Positions 53,763 to 64,000 of a stretch of DNA of 64,000 nt are shown here, piece by piece. How positions within the stretch are numbered: the first letter of the stretch is position 1; each line of letters starts with the position of its first letter. The notes beneath the pieces were generated by a model. The model was given only the letters and a program-made list of their open reading frames with translations. It was not told the DNA's origin and made no database searches. Made by a program: the position numbers and the translations under genes. This DNA is from an uncultured Actinomycetes bacterium (GTDB lineage Bacteria; Actinomycetota; Thermoleophilia; RBG-16-64-13), in assembly GCA_963841735.1 (NCBI GenBank), contig CAWJDT010000001.1:288001-352000 (forward strand), given 5' to 3'.

Positions 53763-54734
53763 TCACCTTGGCAACAACTTAGTGCGATAGCTCATGCTCG
53801 CGATGAACACCACCGCTATAAAGACGACTCCCCTACATGTCTGGATGATTTCCAGGGGAAGCCCCATCATAGTGAGACCGTTAGTCAACACCGTGATGCT
53901 GGCTGCCCCTATCAGGCCCGCATATATGCTGGACCGTGGACCGCCAGTGAGTGGCATGCCGCCCAACACCAGCGCGACAAGCACGTCCGTGCCCAGCGAC
54001 CCCCCGGTGCTGGCCCCCACGGTCCTCGTACGGATGAGAAGCACGAAAGCGGCAAGACCGATGCCTAGCGCACCTAGGAGATAGGAGAGGATGACGGTTC
54101 TCTTGATCGGCAGACCGGTCTGTCGGGCGACGACGCCGCTACCCCCCGTGATCTTGGCGCTCTTGCCAAGGGTGCCGAAGGAAAAGAGCACCCAGCAAAG
54201 GATGAAGAAGCTCCCTAAGGTGGCCACATTGACCACGGTCATCTGCCTGAAGCTGAACAACTGTATCGTGCTGGGTTCGGTGCCCGGGCTGGGGAGCAGC
54301 AGGTTGGCACTGTCGCCCATCACGACAAGAACGATCGCCGTTATGACCATACCCATCACAATGGTGACAATGAAGCTCGGCGCCGACACGTAAGCGGCGA
54401 ACAGACCCTTCAGCAGGCCAAGAGCCAGCGCCGAGCCCACGCAGACCAGGAGCGCCAACCCGATGCTGCCGGTGTTTATTGCCACCGTCCCCCCAAGCAC
54501 GGCACTCAACGACACACATGCGCCCATGGACATATCGATGCTGCCGCTACCGAATACGAAGACGGCCCCGGTAGCGACGAGAGCGGTCACGATCACCTGG
54601 TTCAGGAGACTCTGCAAGTTGGAGATGCCGAGACTGTCCCCGTTGGTGAGCCCAGCGAATAGCGCGAACAGCAAGACGAGGCCGCCGAACGGGGCGAGGG
54701 TCCTTAGTAGCGGGAGTCTCTTCTGGAAATCCAT
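53763..54734 (-). CDS. Sugar ABC permease
   Basis: GSIDMSMG and LVLGGMPLTGG motifs. Confidence 0.9.
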   Translation of the reverse strand: MDFQKRLPLLRTLAPFGGLVLLFALFAGLTNGDSLGISNLQSLLNQVIVTALVATGAVFVFGSGSIDMSMGACVSLSAVLGGTVAINTGSIGLALLVCVGSALALGLLKGLFAAYVSAPSFIVTIVMGMVITAIVLVVMGDSANLLLPSPGTEPSTIQLFSFRQMTVVNVATLGSFFILCWVLFSFGTLGKSAKITGGSGVVARQTGLPIKRTVILSYLLGALGIGLAAFVLLIRTRTVGASTGGSLGTDVLVALVLGGMPLTGGPRSSIYAGLIGAASITVLTNGLTMMGLPLEIIQTCRGVVFIAVVFIASMSYRTKLLPR

Positions 54735-54737
54735 CGT

Positions 54738-56300
54738 CTACACCATGACCTCGATGACGCGGTTCTCACTGAGGTCTCTGCTGCGTTCGAACTCGCCGGC
54801 CAGCTTGCCTTCCTTGAGCACCAGCAGGCGGTCGCTCATGCCTATCAACTCCGTCAGCTCCTCGGAGATCATGACGATGGTCTTGCCCTGCTTCTTCATC
54901 TCCGCCATGAGTTGGTACATAGCCGCCTTAACACCTATGTCCACGCCACGGGTGGGACAGTCGAGTATCAGGACCTCGCAGTCACGCCCGACCCACTTGC
55001 CGAACGCCACCTTCTGCTTGTTACCGCCCGAAAGATACTGAACATTCTGATCCATCGACGAGCACTTGATGCTGAGGCTGTCGATCTGCCGGTTCACGTA
55101 TTCCTTCTCCGGTTTCGGCCAGATGAGGCCAAGTGCGTTCCTCAACTTGTCCAGAGCAGCAGAGGCTATGTTGTCTCGGATACTGGCGGTGAGAACCAAC
55201 GCTTCCCGGTCCCGGTCCTTCGACACATAGCCCAGCCCACACTTCACCGCCACCTGCGGATCGTCGATCTTGGTACCGCTGGGAAGATGCCGCACCTCAC
55301 CCGTAAGTAGCCTCTCTTCGCCGAACAACACCTTGCCCAGCTCGTGCATGCCACAGTGAGACAGACCGCCGATGCCAAGGATCTCGCCCTTGTACACCTT
55401 CATCGAGAAGTTCATCAGTAGACCTGAGCCGGATGTGACCTCGATGGCTTCAAGTACGACCTCTGCTCCGCGACTCGCCTCGTAGTCGTCGCGGTAGTAT
55501 TCACCCTTCATCTCCCGACCCACCATGAGGCGCTTGATGTCGTCCTCTATCATCTGCGCCTTGTCCAGAGTGGCGATGAGCTTGCCGTCCCTGAGCACGG
55601 TCAGAGAGTCGCAAAGCCCGATGAGTTCTTCGAGGTCGTGAGAGATGAAGACGACGGCCTTGTTGTCGTCGCGCATCCTCTTCATGATGCCGTAGATGAT
55701 CTCGCGGCCCTTTTGCGACAGGGCAGTCGTGGTCTCGTCCACGATCAGGAGTTCGGGATCGTCGTGCATCACCCGAGCGATCTCCACGAGTTTCCTGTCC
55801 TGCAGGTCCAGCGAATCGATGGTGGCCGCAGGGTCAACGCCCTCCAGACCGATATCCTCCAAAGCCTGCTTTGCCGCCCTGTTCATCGCCCCGGCACTGA
55901 TGAAGACAGGCAAGCGCCCTAGTGACTTGCGAAACTTGTCCTCTTCGCCAAGAAAGATGTTCTGCGCGACAGAGATGCCCGGTACGTAGCCCTGCTCCTG
56001 GACAATCATGCCGATGCCGCTCTTGGCCGCTTCGATCATGGTCGCGGGCTTGTGGCGCTGGCCCTTGAAGAACATCTCACCCCGCGTGGGAGGCTGCATT
56101 CCCGCGATGATCGATCCGATAGTGGACTTGCCCGAGCCGTTCTCGCCCACCAGGCCCATGATCTGACCCCGGTAAAAGCGCATGTCGACCTCGTCCACCG
56201 CTACTGTGGGCCCGAAAGTCTTGACCAGCCCTTTCGTCTCCACTATTAGTCTGTCGTCTATGTCGCCCGGTGTTCCTATGTCACGACCTTCGGTTTCCAC
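54738..56300 (-). CDS. Sugar ABC ATP-binding protein (RbsA/AraG-like, two NBDs)
   Basis: GENGSGKST, LSGGNKQK and PTRGVDIG motifs. Confidence 0.93.
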   Translation of the reverse strand: METEGRDIGTPGDIDDRLIVETKGLVKTFGPTVAVDEVDMRFYRGQIMGLVGENGSGKSTIGSIIAGMQPPTRGEMFFKGQRHKPATMIEAAKSGIGMIVQEQGYVPGISVAQNIFLGEEDKFRKSLGRLPVFISAGAMNRAAKQALEDIGLEGVDPAATIDSLDLQDRKLVEIARVMHDDPELLIVDETTTALSQKGREIIYGIMKRMRDDNKAVVFISHDLEELIGLCDSLTVLRDGKLIATLDKAQMIEDDIKRLMVGREMKGEYYRDDYEASRGAEVVLEAIEVTSGSGLLMNFSMKVYKGEILGIGGLSHCGMHELGKVLFGEERLLTGEVRHLPSGTKIDDPQVAVKCGLGYVSKDRDREALVLTASIRDNIASAALDKLRNALGLIWPKPEKEYVNRQIDSLSIKCSSMDQNVQYLSGGNKQKVAFGKWVGRDCEVLILDCPTRGVDIGVKAAMYQLMAEMKKQGKTIVMISEELTELIGMSDRLLVLKEGKLAGEFERSRDLSENRVIEVMV

Positions 56301-56339
56301 GTCCCGAGATTGTGCCCGCGCCTGCTCTTCGTTTGCCGG

Positions 56340-56368
56340 ATACTAGAGGCTGAAACCTCGCTTGTCAA
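56340..56368 (-). promoter_or_regulatory. Sigma70-type promoter of the ABC-GH43-esterase-GH78 operon
   Basis: TTGACA-17 nt-TAGTAT on the minus strand. Confidence 0.7.
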
Positions 56369-56454
56369 CAAGGACACTTCTCATTTCTAATTGTGAAGTG
56401 CAATGTCATATGTTGTACTGTATTCCTTTGTGCGCTCAGGTCTTCTGTTGGCCA

Positions 56455-56470
56455 ATGTGCGCGTTAACAT
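56455..56470. promoter_or_regulatory. LacI-type operator
   Basis: ATGTGCGCGTTAACAT matches 13/16 positions of the palindrome ATGTTAGCGCTAACAT inferred from the ara sites. Confidence 0.55.
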
Positions 56471-56488
56471 GCCTAATGCATTTGCAAG

Positions 56489-58948
56489 CTAGACCACTTC
56501 CCCCGAAATGTCAACCTTGTAGACCAAACCTTGTTCCTCTCCGGTCCAGATCACGCAGGCGGAGGCCGTCAGCCCCCCGGCGCTCGCCTTCACTCGGATC
56601 TCTCCAGCCTCGCCGGCGCTGCGGATTATCGCCAGAAGACGTCCCTGGAACGCCCGACCGCGCTCGGCGTTATGTGGACCTTCAAAGACCGGGTCTGCGG
56701 TCCCCAGAGCTATCAGTTCGCCCACCCCGTCCACCTCCACGGTGACCTCCTCCGACCGGTCGGACTTCACCACCGCTCCCTCGCTGTCGACGATCTCCAC
56801 CGTGACGTACACCAAATCGCCATGACTCGCCCTGATGGTCGTTCGATCAGGAGTCAGGCGCAAGGCACACGGCGCGCCGGCAGTCTTCAGCTCTGTTCTA
56901 CCCGTCTCCCGGCCGCCCGCGAATGCGACTGCCGTGATCGTCCCCGGTTGATAGGTGACCTCAAACACGGACTTGTTCTCGGAACTCGCGCCCGCCGGGC
57001 GACGGCCTACCGAGACACCGTTCAAGATGAGCTCCACTTCGTCGTCGGCGGAGTAGACCTCCACCCGAGTAGGCTTGCCTTCCCACCCTGGGAAGGTCCA
57101 GTTGTCGCTCACCGGCTCCCATCCCCACGGGGTGAAGCTGAGCTTCTTGCCGTGGAGCCGCGGATCGAAGACGCCGATGTAGGGGGCCTGCCGCACACCC
57201 CACAGGATGTCGCGGAAGTACGACTGCGGACGTTTGAAGCCGCAGATGTCCAAGTCGCCGCAGTTGGCCAGGTAATAGGGCCAGGGATCCTGAGCGAAGA
57301 ACAGACCCGCGGGCGCATCGACGTACACCTTGCCGACGCCCGATTCACCCCGGTAGTCGATGGCGGTCCACACGAAATCGCCAATCACGTTGGGCTGGCG
57401 GACGGTGTCGTTCCAAGTGGCGTAGGCCCTGAGGGGAAAGGTCTCGGTACCGCATATCACTCGGTCGGGGAAATGCGCCTGGTCGAATTCGTAGCGACTG
57501 TTCATGTAGTTGTAGCCGGCGACATCAAGCGGAGCAAGGAAGGCCGAAGTGAGCTTGCCCCAGCGGTCGCTCTGAGGGTCGGCCGGCGGACGGTTGTGAC
57601 TCTCGAAGAAGTCTTCCGTATCGCCCGGCTCGGCTTCCCCGGTGGCGAGAGTCTCCTCGAAGAGAGTCGCGAGCGCCACCGTGACCGGGCGGGTGCTGTC
57701 CAAGGCGCGGACGTAGTCGGCCTGTTTGCGGCACCACGTGTAGCCGTCCGAGATACCGGTACGCTCGGGCACTTCGTTGCCTACCGACCACATGATCACC
57801 GACGGGTGGTTGCGGTCGCGCTTGACCATCGACTCGGTGTCGCGCTGCCACCAGTCTTCGAAGTGCAGGTGATAGTCGTTGGGGTTCTTCCCCATGCGCC
57901 AGCAATCAAAGGTCTCGTCGATCACCAGCATGCCCAGCCGGTCACAGGCATCCAGCAGCGCCGGCGCGGGCGGATTGTGTGCCGAACGAAGGGCGTTGAA
58001 CCCAGCCGCCTTCAGCAGCTCCACCTTGCGCTCTTCGGCTCGGTCGTAGCTGGCCGCTCCAAGCAGACCATGATCGTGATGGACGCAGCCGCCGCGCAGC
58101 TTCATGGGTACGCCGTTCAGGCGAAACCCATTCTCCGCGTCCACGGCGATAGAGCGGATGCCAAAGCTGGTCGTCTCTGCATCTAACACCTCGGAGCCAT
58201 CCAAGACTTCGCTGGTCAAGGAATACAGTTGAGGATCATCGACCGACCACAATCTGGCATCCGTCACTTCCAGAGCCTGCTCAACAGTCGCCGTCGAATG
58301 CGCGGGGATTTCAGCCGACGCCTCTGTCAGCCCCACCCGCTTACCTGTGGAGTCCTTCACGGTCGTGCGCAGAACGATCTTGGCCGAGGCACCCGTGTCG
58401 TTGGCGATCTCTGTCGAAACAGCCACTGACGAGACCGCAGGGCCCACCTGCGGGGTGGTCACGCACACCCCCCAGGGCTGGATGCGGACCTCAGCACCGC
58501 TCCGCAGCCAGACGTGCCGGTAAATGCCGGTGCCGCTATACCAGCGCGAATTGGGTTGCGCGCTGTTGTTGGCCACCACCGTGATCTCGTTCTCTGCCCC
58601 GTAGAGCAGATATGGCTTGATATCGACCAGGAAGCTCGTGTATCCGTAGGGATGAAACGCAGCCAGATGCCCATTCACAAGAACTTGGGCATTCATGTAG
58701 ACGCCTTCAAACTCCAGGTAGACGCTACGATCCCTCCAAGCCGCGGGAACCTGCAGTGTCTTGCGGTAGGCGACTACTCCGCTCCAGGCGAAACCCCCAC
58801 TCGACCCAGTCGGGTTTTGATGCTCACGTGACCTCGAGATAGACGCATCATGGGGAAGAGCAACCGGACGCCAGTTTCTGGACGGACGGGGGAACGTACC
58901 CACCTCATCGGTGTACTCCCACCCGAAATCGAACAGCTGTCTCTCCAT
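56489..58948 (-). CDS. GH2 glycoside hydrolase (beta-galactosidase-like)
   Basis: LPHD, FEGVY, RWYSGTGIYR, HHDHG, RSAHNP, WSVGNE and GTE motifs. Confidence 0.93.
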   Translation of the reverse strand: MERQLFDFGWEYTDEVGTFPRPSRNWRPVALPHDASISRSREHQNPTGSSGGFAWSGVVAYRKTLQVPAAWRDRSVYLEFEGVYMNAQVLVNGHLAAFHPYGYTSFLVDIKPYLLYGAENEITVVANNSAQPNSRWYSGTGIYRHVWLRSGAEVRIQPWGVCVTTPQVGPAVSSVAVSTEIANDTGASAKIVLRTTVKDSTGKRVGLTEASAEIPAHSTATVEQALEVTDARLWSVDDPQLYSLTSEVLDGSEVLDAETTSFGIRSIAVDAENGFRLNGVPMKLRGGCVHHDHGLLGAASYDRAEERKVELLKAAGFNALRSAHNPPAPALLDACDRLGMLVIDETFDCWRMGKNPNDYHLHFEDWWQRDTESMVKRDRNHPSVIMWSVGNEVPERTGISDGYTWCRKQADYVRALDSTRPVTVALATLFEETLATGEAEPGDTEDFFESHNRPPADPQSDRWGKLTSAFLAPLDVAGYNYMNSRYEFDQAHFPDRVICGTETFPLRAYATWNDTVRQPNVIGDFVWTAIDYRGESGVGKVYVDAPAGLFFAQDPWPYYLANCGDLDICGFKRPQSYFRDILWGVRQAPYIGVFDPRLHGKKLSFTPWGWEPVSDNWTFPGWEGKPTRVEVYSADDEVELILNGVSVGRRPAGASSENKSVFEVTYQPGTITAVAFAGGRETGRTELKTAGAPCALRLTPDRTTIRASHGDLVYVTVEIVDSEGAVVKSDRSEEVTVEVDGVGELIALGTADPVFEGPHNAERGRAFQGRLLAIIRSAGEAGEIRVKASAGGLTASACVIWTGEEQGLVYKVDISGEVV

Positions 58949-58963
58949 GTCCTGTGCCGCCTC

Positions 58964-59650
58964 CTATTGCCCGTAGTAGGCGCCTGCGCCATGTTTGCGC
59001 AGGTAGTGCTTGTCAAGCAATGTCTGCTGCATCGGCGGAGTCTGAGTGTCCAACGCCAGTGTGTGCCAGGCCATAAAAGCTATTTCTTCCATCATGGCGG
59101 CGATCTCAACGGCCTCCGCTGGCGATGCCCCCCAGCAGAACGCGCCGTGACTGTGAACAAGTGCGGCCGGGATCCTTCTGTGATCGATGTCCTGGAAGCG
59201 CTCCGCTATGACCTTGCCCGTATTCAGCTCATAGCCTTCGCGGATCTCTTCGTCCTTCATCGGCCGCGTGCACGGTATCTCGCCGTAGAAGTAATCGGCA
59301 TGAGTCGTACCAAGCGCGGGGATGCCCGTCCCGGCCTGCGCAAACACCGTCGCCCAACGGGAATGCGTGTGCACGATGGCACCGATATCGGGGAACGCCT
59401 TGTAGAGCACGAGATGACTGGGCGTGTCCGAGGACGGCTTGAGCTTGCCCTCGATAGTGCCACCATCGAGATCGACGAGCACGATGTCTTCCTCCGTCAG
59501 CTCGTCATACTCCACGCCCGATGGCTTGATCGCCACAAGACCGCGCTCCCTGTCGATGCCCGACACATTGCCCCAAGTGAACGTGACCAACCCATGCTTG
59601 GGCAGCGCCAGATTTGCCTCCAGGACCTGCTTCTTGAGCTCTTCCGGCAC
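58964..59650 (-). CDS. araD: L-ribulose-5-phosphate 4-epimerase
   Basis: TWGNVS, KPSSD, HTHS, THADYF and [12 protein letters not shown] motifs. Confidence 0.96.
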   Translation of the reverse strand: MPEELKKQVLEANLALPKHGLVTFTWGNVSGIDRERGLVAIKPSGVEYDELTEEDIVLVDLDGGTIEGKLKPSSDTPSHLVLYKAFPDIGAIVHTHSRWATVFAQAGTGIPALGTTHADYFYGEIPCTRPMKDEEIREGYELNTGKVIAERFQDIDHRRIPAALVHSHGAFCWGASPAEAVEIAAMMEEIAFMAWHTLALDTQTPPMQQTLLDKHYLRKHGAGAYYGQ

Positions 59651-61125
59651 TAGAGATCCCTCAGCTTCCATAACGTGTCCGAAACCGCGAGACGAGTCTT
59701 CAGCTCATCAGCGCGCGTTTCCGCCGTCAAGTGCACGAACTCTACACCCATGATATCGGCCCAGTCCTCCAGCGTCTGTGCGCCGGCCGCGTATGTCAAC
59801 ACTGTGTGGTGCGCGCCGCCTGCCTGGATCCAATGGCGGATACCTTCGACAAGCCCGGCCTTCGGACGCCACATGACCCGCGCCACCGGCAGATTGGGCA
59901 TCTCGAAGAGGGGCTTCACGCACTCGACGTCTTGCACGATCAGTCGCAGTCTGCCGCCCATGTCGATCAGCGAGATGTTGATCGCGTCGCCCGCCTGTCC
60001 TTCGAACACCATCCTCGCGGGGGCATCCTTGCCTCCTATGCCCAGCGCATGCACCTCGATGCGTGGCTTGGCCGCGGCGATAGTGGGACAGACCTCCAGC
60101 ATGTGCGCGCCGAGGACATACTCGTTGCCCTGCTCGAAGTGATAGGTGTAGTCCTCCATGAAGCTGGTGCCACCCTCGAGCCCCTGAGCCATCGCCTTGA
60201 CGAGGTAGGTCATCGCCGCGGTCTTCCAGTCGCCTTCGCCACCGTAGCCGTAGCCCTTCTCCATCAGGCGCTGCGAAGCCAGACCGGGAAGCTGTTCCAT
60301 GCCCCACAGATCCTGGAACGAGTTGGAGTAGGCGCTCGCGCCTTCGCGCACGAGGATGCGCTCCATGGCGATCTCTTCTTTGGCCTGGTAGCGCACCGCG
60401 GCTAGATCGTCGGTGGCGACGACGTACTTGTCCCGGTACTCATCAAGCAAGGCCTCGACTTCTGCTTCGGTCACCCTGCCGATCTCGTCCGCCAACTCGC
60501 CCACCGGCCAGGTGTTCACCTGCCAGCCCAGCTTGATCTGAGCCTCCACCTTGTCGCCCTCGGTGACCGCCACCTCGCGCATGTTGTCGCCAAAGCGCAC
60601 CACACGGAGGTCGCGGCTCATCTTGCAGCCCACCGCCGCGCGCATCCACTCGCCCAACTCCTTGAGCGGTTCTTCGTCCTGCCAGTAGCCTACGACCACC
60701 TTGCGTGGCAACCGCATCCGCGAGCCTATGAACCCGTGTTCGCGATCCCCGTGCGCCGCCTGATTGAGGTTCATGAAGTCCATGTCGATCTGTTGGTCGG
60801 GGATCGACCGGTTGTATTGCGTGGCGAAGTGGCACCACGGTTTCTGCAGGAGGGCGAGACCGTTGATCCACATCTTGCTGGGAGAGAAGGTGTGCGCCCA
60901 GGTCACGACCCCGCAGCAGTTGTCGTCATAGTTCGCCTCTTTGACGACTTTCGTGACTTCCTGCGCGGACTTGATCGTTCCCTTGTATACAAACTTGCAG
61001 GGAATAGGCGGGGATTCGTTGATGAACGCCGCCATCTCCGCTCCCCGTGCCGCTACTGTCTCGAGCACCTCAGCGCCGTACATGAGCTGCGAGCCCACGA
61101 CGAACCAGACTTCTTGTGCCTTCAT
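59650..61125 (-). CDS. araA: L-arabinose isomerase
   Basis: [38 protein letters not shown] and GGAHH motifs. Confidence 0.97.
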   Translation of the reverse strand: MKAQEVWFVVGSQLMYGAEVLETVAARGAEMAAFINESPPIPCKFVYKGTIKSAQEVTKVVKEANYDDNCCGVVTWAHTFSPSKMWINGLALLQKPWCHFATQYNRSIPDQQIDMDFMNLNQAAHGDREHGFIGSRMRLPRKVVVGYWQDEEPLKELGEWMRAAVGCKMSRDLRVVRFGDNMREVAVTEGDKVEAQIKLGWQVNTWPVGELADEIGRVTEAEVEALLDEYRDKYVVATDDLAAVRYQAKEEIAMERILVREGASAYSNSFQDLWGMEQLPGLASQRLMEKGYGYGGEGDWKTAAMTYLVKAMAQGLEGGTSFMEDYTYHFEQGNEYVLGAHMLEVCPTIAAAKPRIEVHALGIGGKDAPARMVFEGQAGDAINISLIDMGGRLRLIVQDVECVKPLFEMPNLPVARVMWRPKAGLVEGIRHWIQAGGAHHTVLTYAAGAQTLEDWADIMGVEFVHLTAETRADELKTRLAVSDTLWKLRDL

Positions 61126-61154
61126 GCCCCGCCTACCATTGTTCGCATTGACGT

Positions 61155-61213
61155 ATGTTCACGCTAACATAACTCCACTGGATTTTGTAGCGATTGGATG
61201 TTAGCGTTAATAT
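61155..61213. promoter_or_regulatory. Two LacI-type operators between araA and lacI-araB
   Basis: ATGTTCACGCTAACAT (61155-61170) and ATGTTAGCGTTAATAT (61198-61213), each 14/16 to ATGTTAGCGCTAACAT with a central CG. Confidence 0.8.
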
Positions 61214-61262
61214 CGTTCGTCGGCAGTAGATCCTGCACCGAGTCGCGTACCTAGGAGTCAAC

Positions 61263-62306
61263 ATGCCTCAGAGTGAGCGCCGCCGGCCGACTATGGTGGA
61301 TGTCGCTCGTCTGGCCGGGCTATCCCACCAGACCGTCTCGCGAGTACTTAACGATCAACCGGGGGTAGTACCGGAGACACGCGAACGCGTCCTTGCGGCG
61401 ATAGAGGAGCTCGGATATCGCCGTAACGCTTTTGCCCGCGCGCTGGTCACCAGCAAGACTCGGCTGCTGGGCGTCATAGTCTTCGGGACCTCGTGGTATG
61501 GACCTTCGGGCACACTCCACGGCATCCAGCTGGCGGCACGCGAGGCCAAGTACTTCGTCACGGTAGTGGACCTCGACAAGCTGACCAACGCGACAGTGAA
61601 ACGGGCTCTCCACGTTCTTACCGAGTACTCGCCCGATGGCATCGTAGTCATCACTCTCAAGCGCACTGTAAGCGATGCGCTCAGAGAGATGGCGCTGGGC
61701 ATCCCGACGGTAGCCGTCGAAGGTGGGGAGGGGACACCCGACATACCCGTGGTCTGTGTCGGCCAAGAAGAGGGCGCGCGTCTCGCGACGGAGCACCTGC
61801 TTGCCCTCGGACACTCCACGGTGCATCACCTCGCGGGCCCTGTCGACTGGCTCGAGGCCGAAGCACGCATTAGAGGCTGGCGATCTTGCCTTGAGACAGC
61901 TGGGGTATTGCCCCCTCCGATAGTGCGAGGCGATTGGAGTTCACGCTCCGGCTACGAGGCCGGCTTGAAACTACTCAAACAGCCGGATGTCACCGCGGTG
62001 TTCGCGGCGAACGACCAAATGGCTCTGGGCCTGCTGATGGCTTGTCGAGAGACCGGCGTCCGGGTGCCGGAAGACATCAGCGTGGTCGGGTTCGACTGCA
62101 TGCCCGAGTCAGAGTTCTTCGCACCTCCCCTGACGACGGTGGTACAGGACTTTCAGGAGGTCGGCCGCACGAGCATCCAACTGCTGCTTAGCATGATCGA
62201 CCGTGAGGGCGCCCCCGTCTCGCGCTCGGTGATCGCCCCGACGCTTGTCGTCCGCGCCAGCACAAGCCGGCCCCGAGAGACCGGGGCGGGCCCGAACACG
62301 GCATAA
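61263..62306 (+). CDS. araR: LacI-family repressor (AraR-like)
   Basis: TMVDVARLAGLSHQTVSRVLN, NDQMALG and SVVGFD motifs; lies within the ara cluster. Confidence 0.85.
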   Translation: MPQSERRRPTMVDVARLAGLSHQTVSRVLNDQPGVVPETRERVLAAIEELGYRRNAFARALVTSKTRLLGVIVFGTSWYGPSGTLHGIQLAAREAKYFVTVVDLDKLTNATVKRALHVLTEYSPDGIVVITLKRTVSDALREMALGIPTVAVEGGEGTPDIPVVCVGQEEGARLATEHLLALGHSTVHHLAGPVDWLEAEARIRGWRSCLETAGVLPPPIVRGDWSSRSGYEAGLKLLKQPDVTAVFAANDQMALGLLMACRETGVRVPEDISVVGFDCMPESEFFAPPLTTVVQDFQEVGRTSIQLLLSMIDREGAPVSRSVIAPTLVVRASTSRPRETGAGPNTA

Positions 62307-62321
62307 GGGAGACGAGAGACC

Positions 62322-63992
62322 ATGCGCCCCCATGCATCTGAACCCACCTACACCGTCGGGATAGACTTCGGGACGCTGTCGGCCCGCGCTCTGGTCGCCC
62401 GAGTCCAAGATGGGGCCGAGATGGGCAGCGCCGTTTGGGAGTACCGGCACGGAGTCGTCGACGAGGTGCTCCCCACCACCGGCGAACGCCTGCCTCCTGA
62501 CTGGGCGCTACAAATTCCGGAGGACTGGCGGCAGGCGCTGCGCATGGCCGTTCCGGCGGCCCTGCTTGACGCCGGAGTCGATCCGCGCGATGTCGTCGGC
62601 GTTGGCACGGACTTCACGGCCTGCACGGTCATGCCCACACTTCGTGACGGCACGCCCTTGTGTGAGCTGGACGAGCTCCGCGAGCGGCCGCACGCCTACC
62701 CGAAACTCTGGAAGCATCACGCCGCGCAGCCTTGGGCGGACCTGATCAATGAGGTCGCCCACAAACGCGGCGAACCGTGGATCGCACGTTACGGCGGCCG
62801 GATCTCCTCGGAATGGGAGTTCGCCAAGGCGCTCCAGATCCTCAATGAGGACCCGCCGCTCTACCATCGTATCGAGCGATGGATCGAGGCGGCCGATTGG
62901 ATCATCTGGCAGCTCTGCGGCGTAGAGACGCGCAACATCTGCACCGCCGGATACAAGGGCATCTACCAGGATGGAACGTGGCCCTCGCGCGACTACCTGG
63001 CGGCACTGTCGCCGGACTTCGTCGACTTCGTCGACGACAAGCTGGCCCACCCCCTGTCGCCCCTTGGCGGGCGAGCGGGTTCGCTCACAGCCCAGGCGGC
63101 CGCATGGACGGGCCTCCCTGAGGGCATCGCGGTAGCCGTCGGCAACGTCGACGCCCACGTGACCGCCCCAGCCGCTCAAGCTGTGCAGCCGGGCCAGATG
63201 CTGGCCGTCATGGGCACGTCCACCTGCCACGTCATGAACAGCGACGTACTCGCGGAAGTGCCTGGCATGTGCGGCGTCGTCAAGGACGGCATCGTCCCCG
63301 GGCTCTGGGGCTACGAAGCCGGCCAGAGCGCGGTGGGCGACATCTTCGCTTGGTTCCTGGAGACAAGCGTACCCGGCTCTTACGCTGAAGCCGCGGAAGC
63401 GAACGGCGTCAGCCTGCACGATCACCTGACGGGCCTAGCCGCCGGCCAGGCGATCGGTGCGCATGGACTGGTCGCCCTCGACTGGCACAATGGCAACCGC
63501 TCTATCCTGGTGGATCACCACCTGAGCGGAGTCATCGCGGGCCTGACTTTGGCCACCCAGCCCGAAGATGTCTACCGCGCGTTGCTGGAATCCACCGCCT
63601 TCGGAACGCGCACGATCATCGAAGCCTTCGAACAGCACGGGGTCACAGTCGAAGAGCTTGTGGTAGCCGGCGGACTGGTCAAGAACGAACTCCTGATGCA
63701 GATCTACGCCGACGTGACCCGCCGCCCCCTCAGTGTCGTCCGCTCCGACCAAGGCCCGGCGCTTGGTTCGGCCATCCACGCCGCGGTCGCCGCCGGCGCA
63801 TACCCCGACGTGTTTGCGGCCTCGGCGGCCATGGGCAAAGTAGAGAAGGGCGTGTTCGTCCCGGTCGAGTCTAGGGCGAATGCCTACGACGCGCTCTACG
63901 AGCAGTACGCGCGTTTGCACGACTACTTCGGGCGCGACTCCGAGGTGCTGCACCGGCTTCGAGAGATCCGCGATCAGACCGTGGGCAGGTGA
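62322..63992 (+). CDS. araB: Ribulokinase
   Basis: GIDFGTLS, DFTACT, LWKHH, YGGRISSEW, MGTSTCH, EAGQS and NGNRS motifs. Confidence 0.95.
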   Translation: MRPHASEPTYTVGIDFGTLSARALVARVQDGAEMGSAVWEYRHGVVDEVLPTTGERLPPDWALQIPEDWRQALRMAVPAALLDAGVDPRDVVGVGTDFTACTVMPTLRDGTPLCELDELRERPHAYPKLWKHHAAQPWADLINEVAHKRGEPWIARYGGRISSEWEFAKALQILNEDPPLYHRIERWIEAADWIIWQLCGVETRNICTAGYKGIYQDGTWPSRDYLAALSPDFVDFVDDKLAHPLSPLGGRAGSLTAQAAAWTGLPEGIAVAVGNVDAHVTAPAAQAVQPGQMLAVMGTSTCHVMNSDVLAEVPGMCGVVKDGIVPGLWGYEAGQSAVGDIFAWFLETSVPGSYAEAAEANGVSLHDHLTGLAAGQAIGAHGLVALDWHNGNRSILVDHHLSGVIAGLTLATQPEDVYRALLESTAFGTRTIIEAFEQHGVTVEELVVAGGLVKNELLMQIYADVTRRPLSVVRSDQGPALGSAIHAAVAAGAYPDVFAASAAMGKVEKGVFVPVESRANAYDALYEQYARLHDYFGRDSEVLHRLREIRDQTVGR

Positions 63993-64000
63993 GCGGTTGG

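Noticed and set aside
29096-58186. Long antisense ORFs (e.g. 29096-30463, 49467-50855, 56531-58186)
   Set aside because: Shadow frames of high-GC genes with no recognisable motifs.

Overview
GC-rich bacterial DNA. Lipoproteins with Thr-rich linkers, apparent leaderless genes, an aldehyde:ferredoxin oxidoreductase and a phosphoketolase suggest an anaerobic or facultative deep-branching actinobacterium such as Thermoleophilia (inference). The first ~14 kb is core or metabolic: nuoA-B-C, tatC, a GntR-HAD fusion, a P-type ATPase, xfp-ackA and tag. From ~14 kb to the end lies a large catabolic island for plant glycosides. Its most striking part is an operon (24.8-32.6 kb) with a LIV-type ABC importer (LivM-LivG-LivF fused in one ORF), a flavone-reductase (FLR)-like protein, a bacterial chalcone isomerase (Eubacterium ramulus CHI-like) and a MerR-TetR hybrid regulator. 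This is the gut-type anaerobic flavonoid entry pathway in what appears to be a different lineage. Around it are an AOR/MoaD/decarboxylase/NicX-like operon, a DFR-like SDR, a GH3 phosphorylase-like gene coupled to beta-phosphoglucomutase, three lipoprotein esterases, GH78, GH43, GH2, two sugar ABC systems and an araABD-LacI locus with three matching operators. Many genes carry single-base frameshifts, and I saw no in-frame nonsense codons while reconstructing them; they are most likely long-read consensus errors. I found no rRNA, tRNA, CRISPR array or mobile element. Family assignments come from motif recognition and recalled reference sequences, not from database searches.
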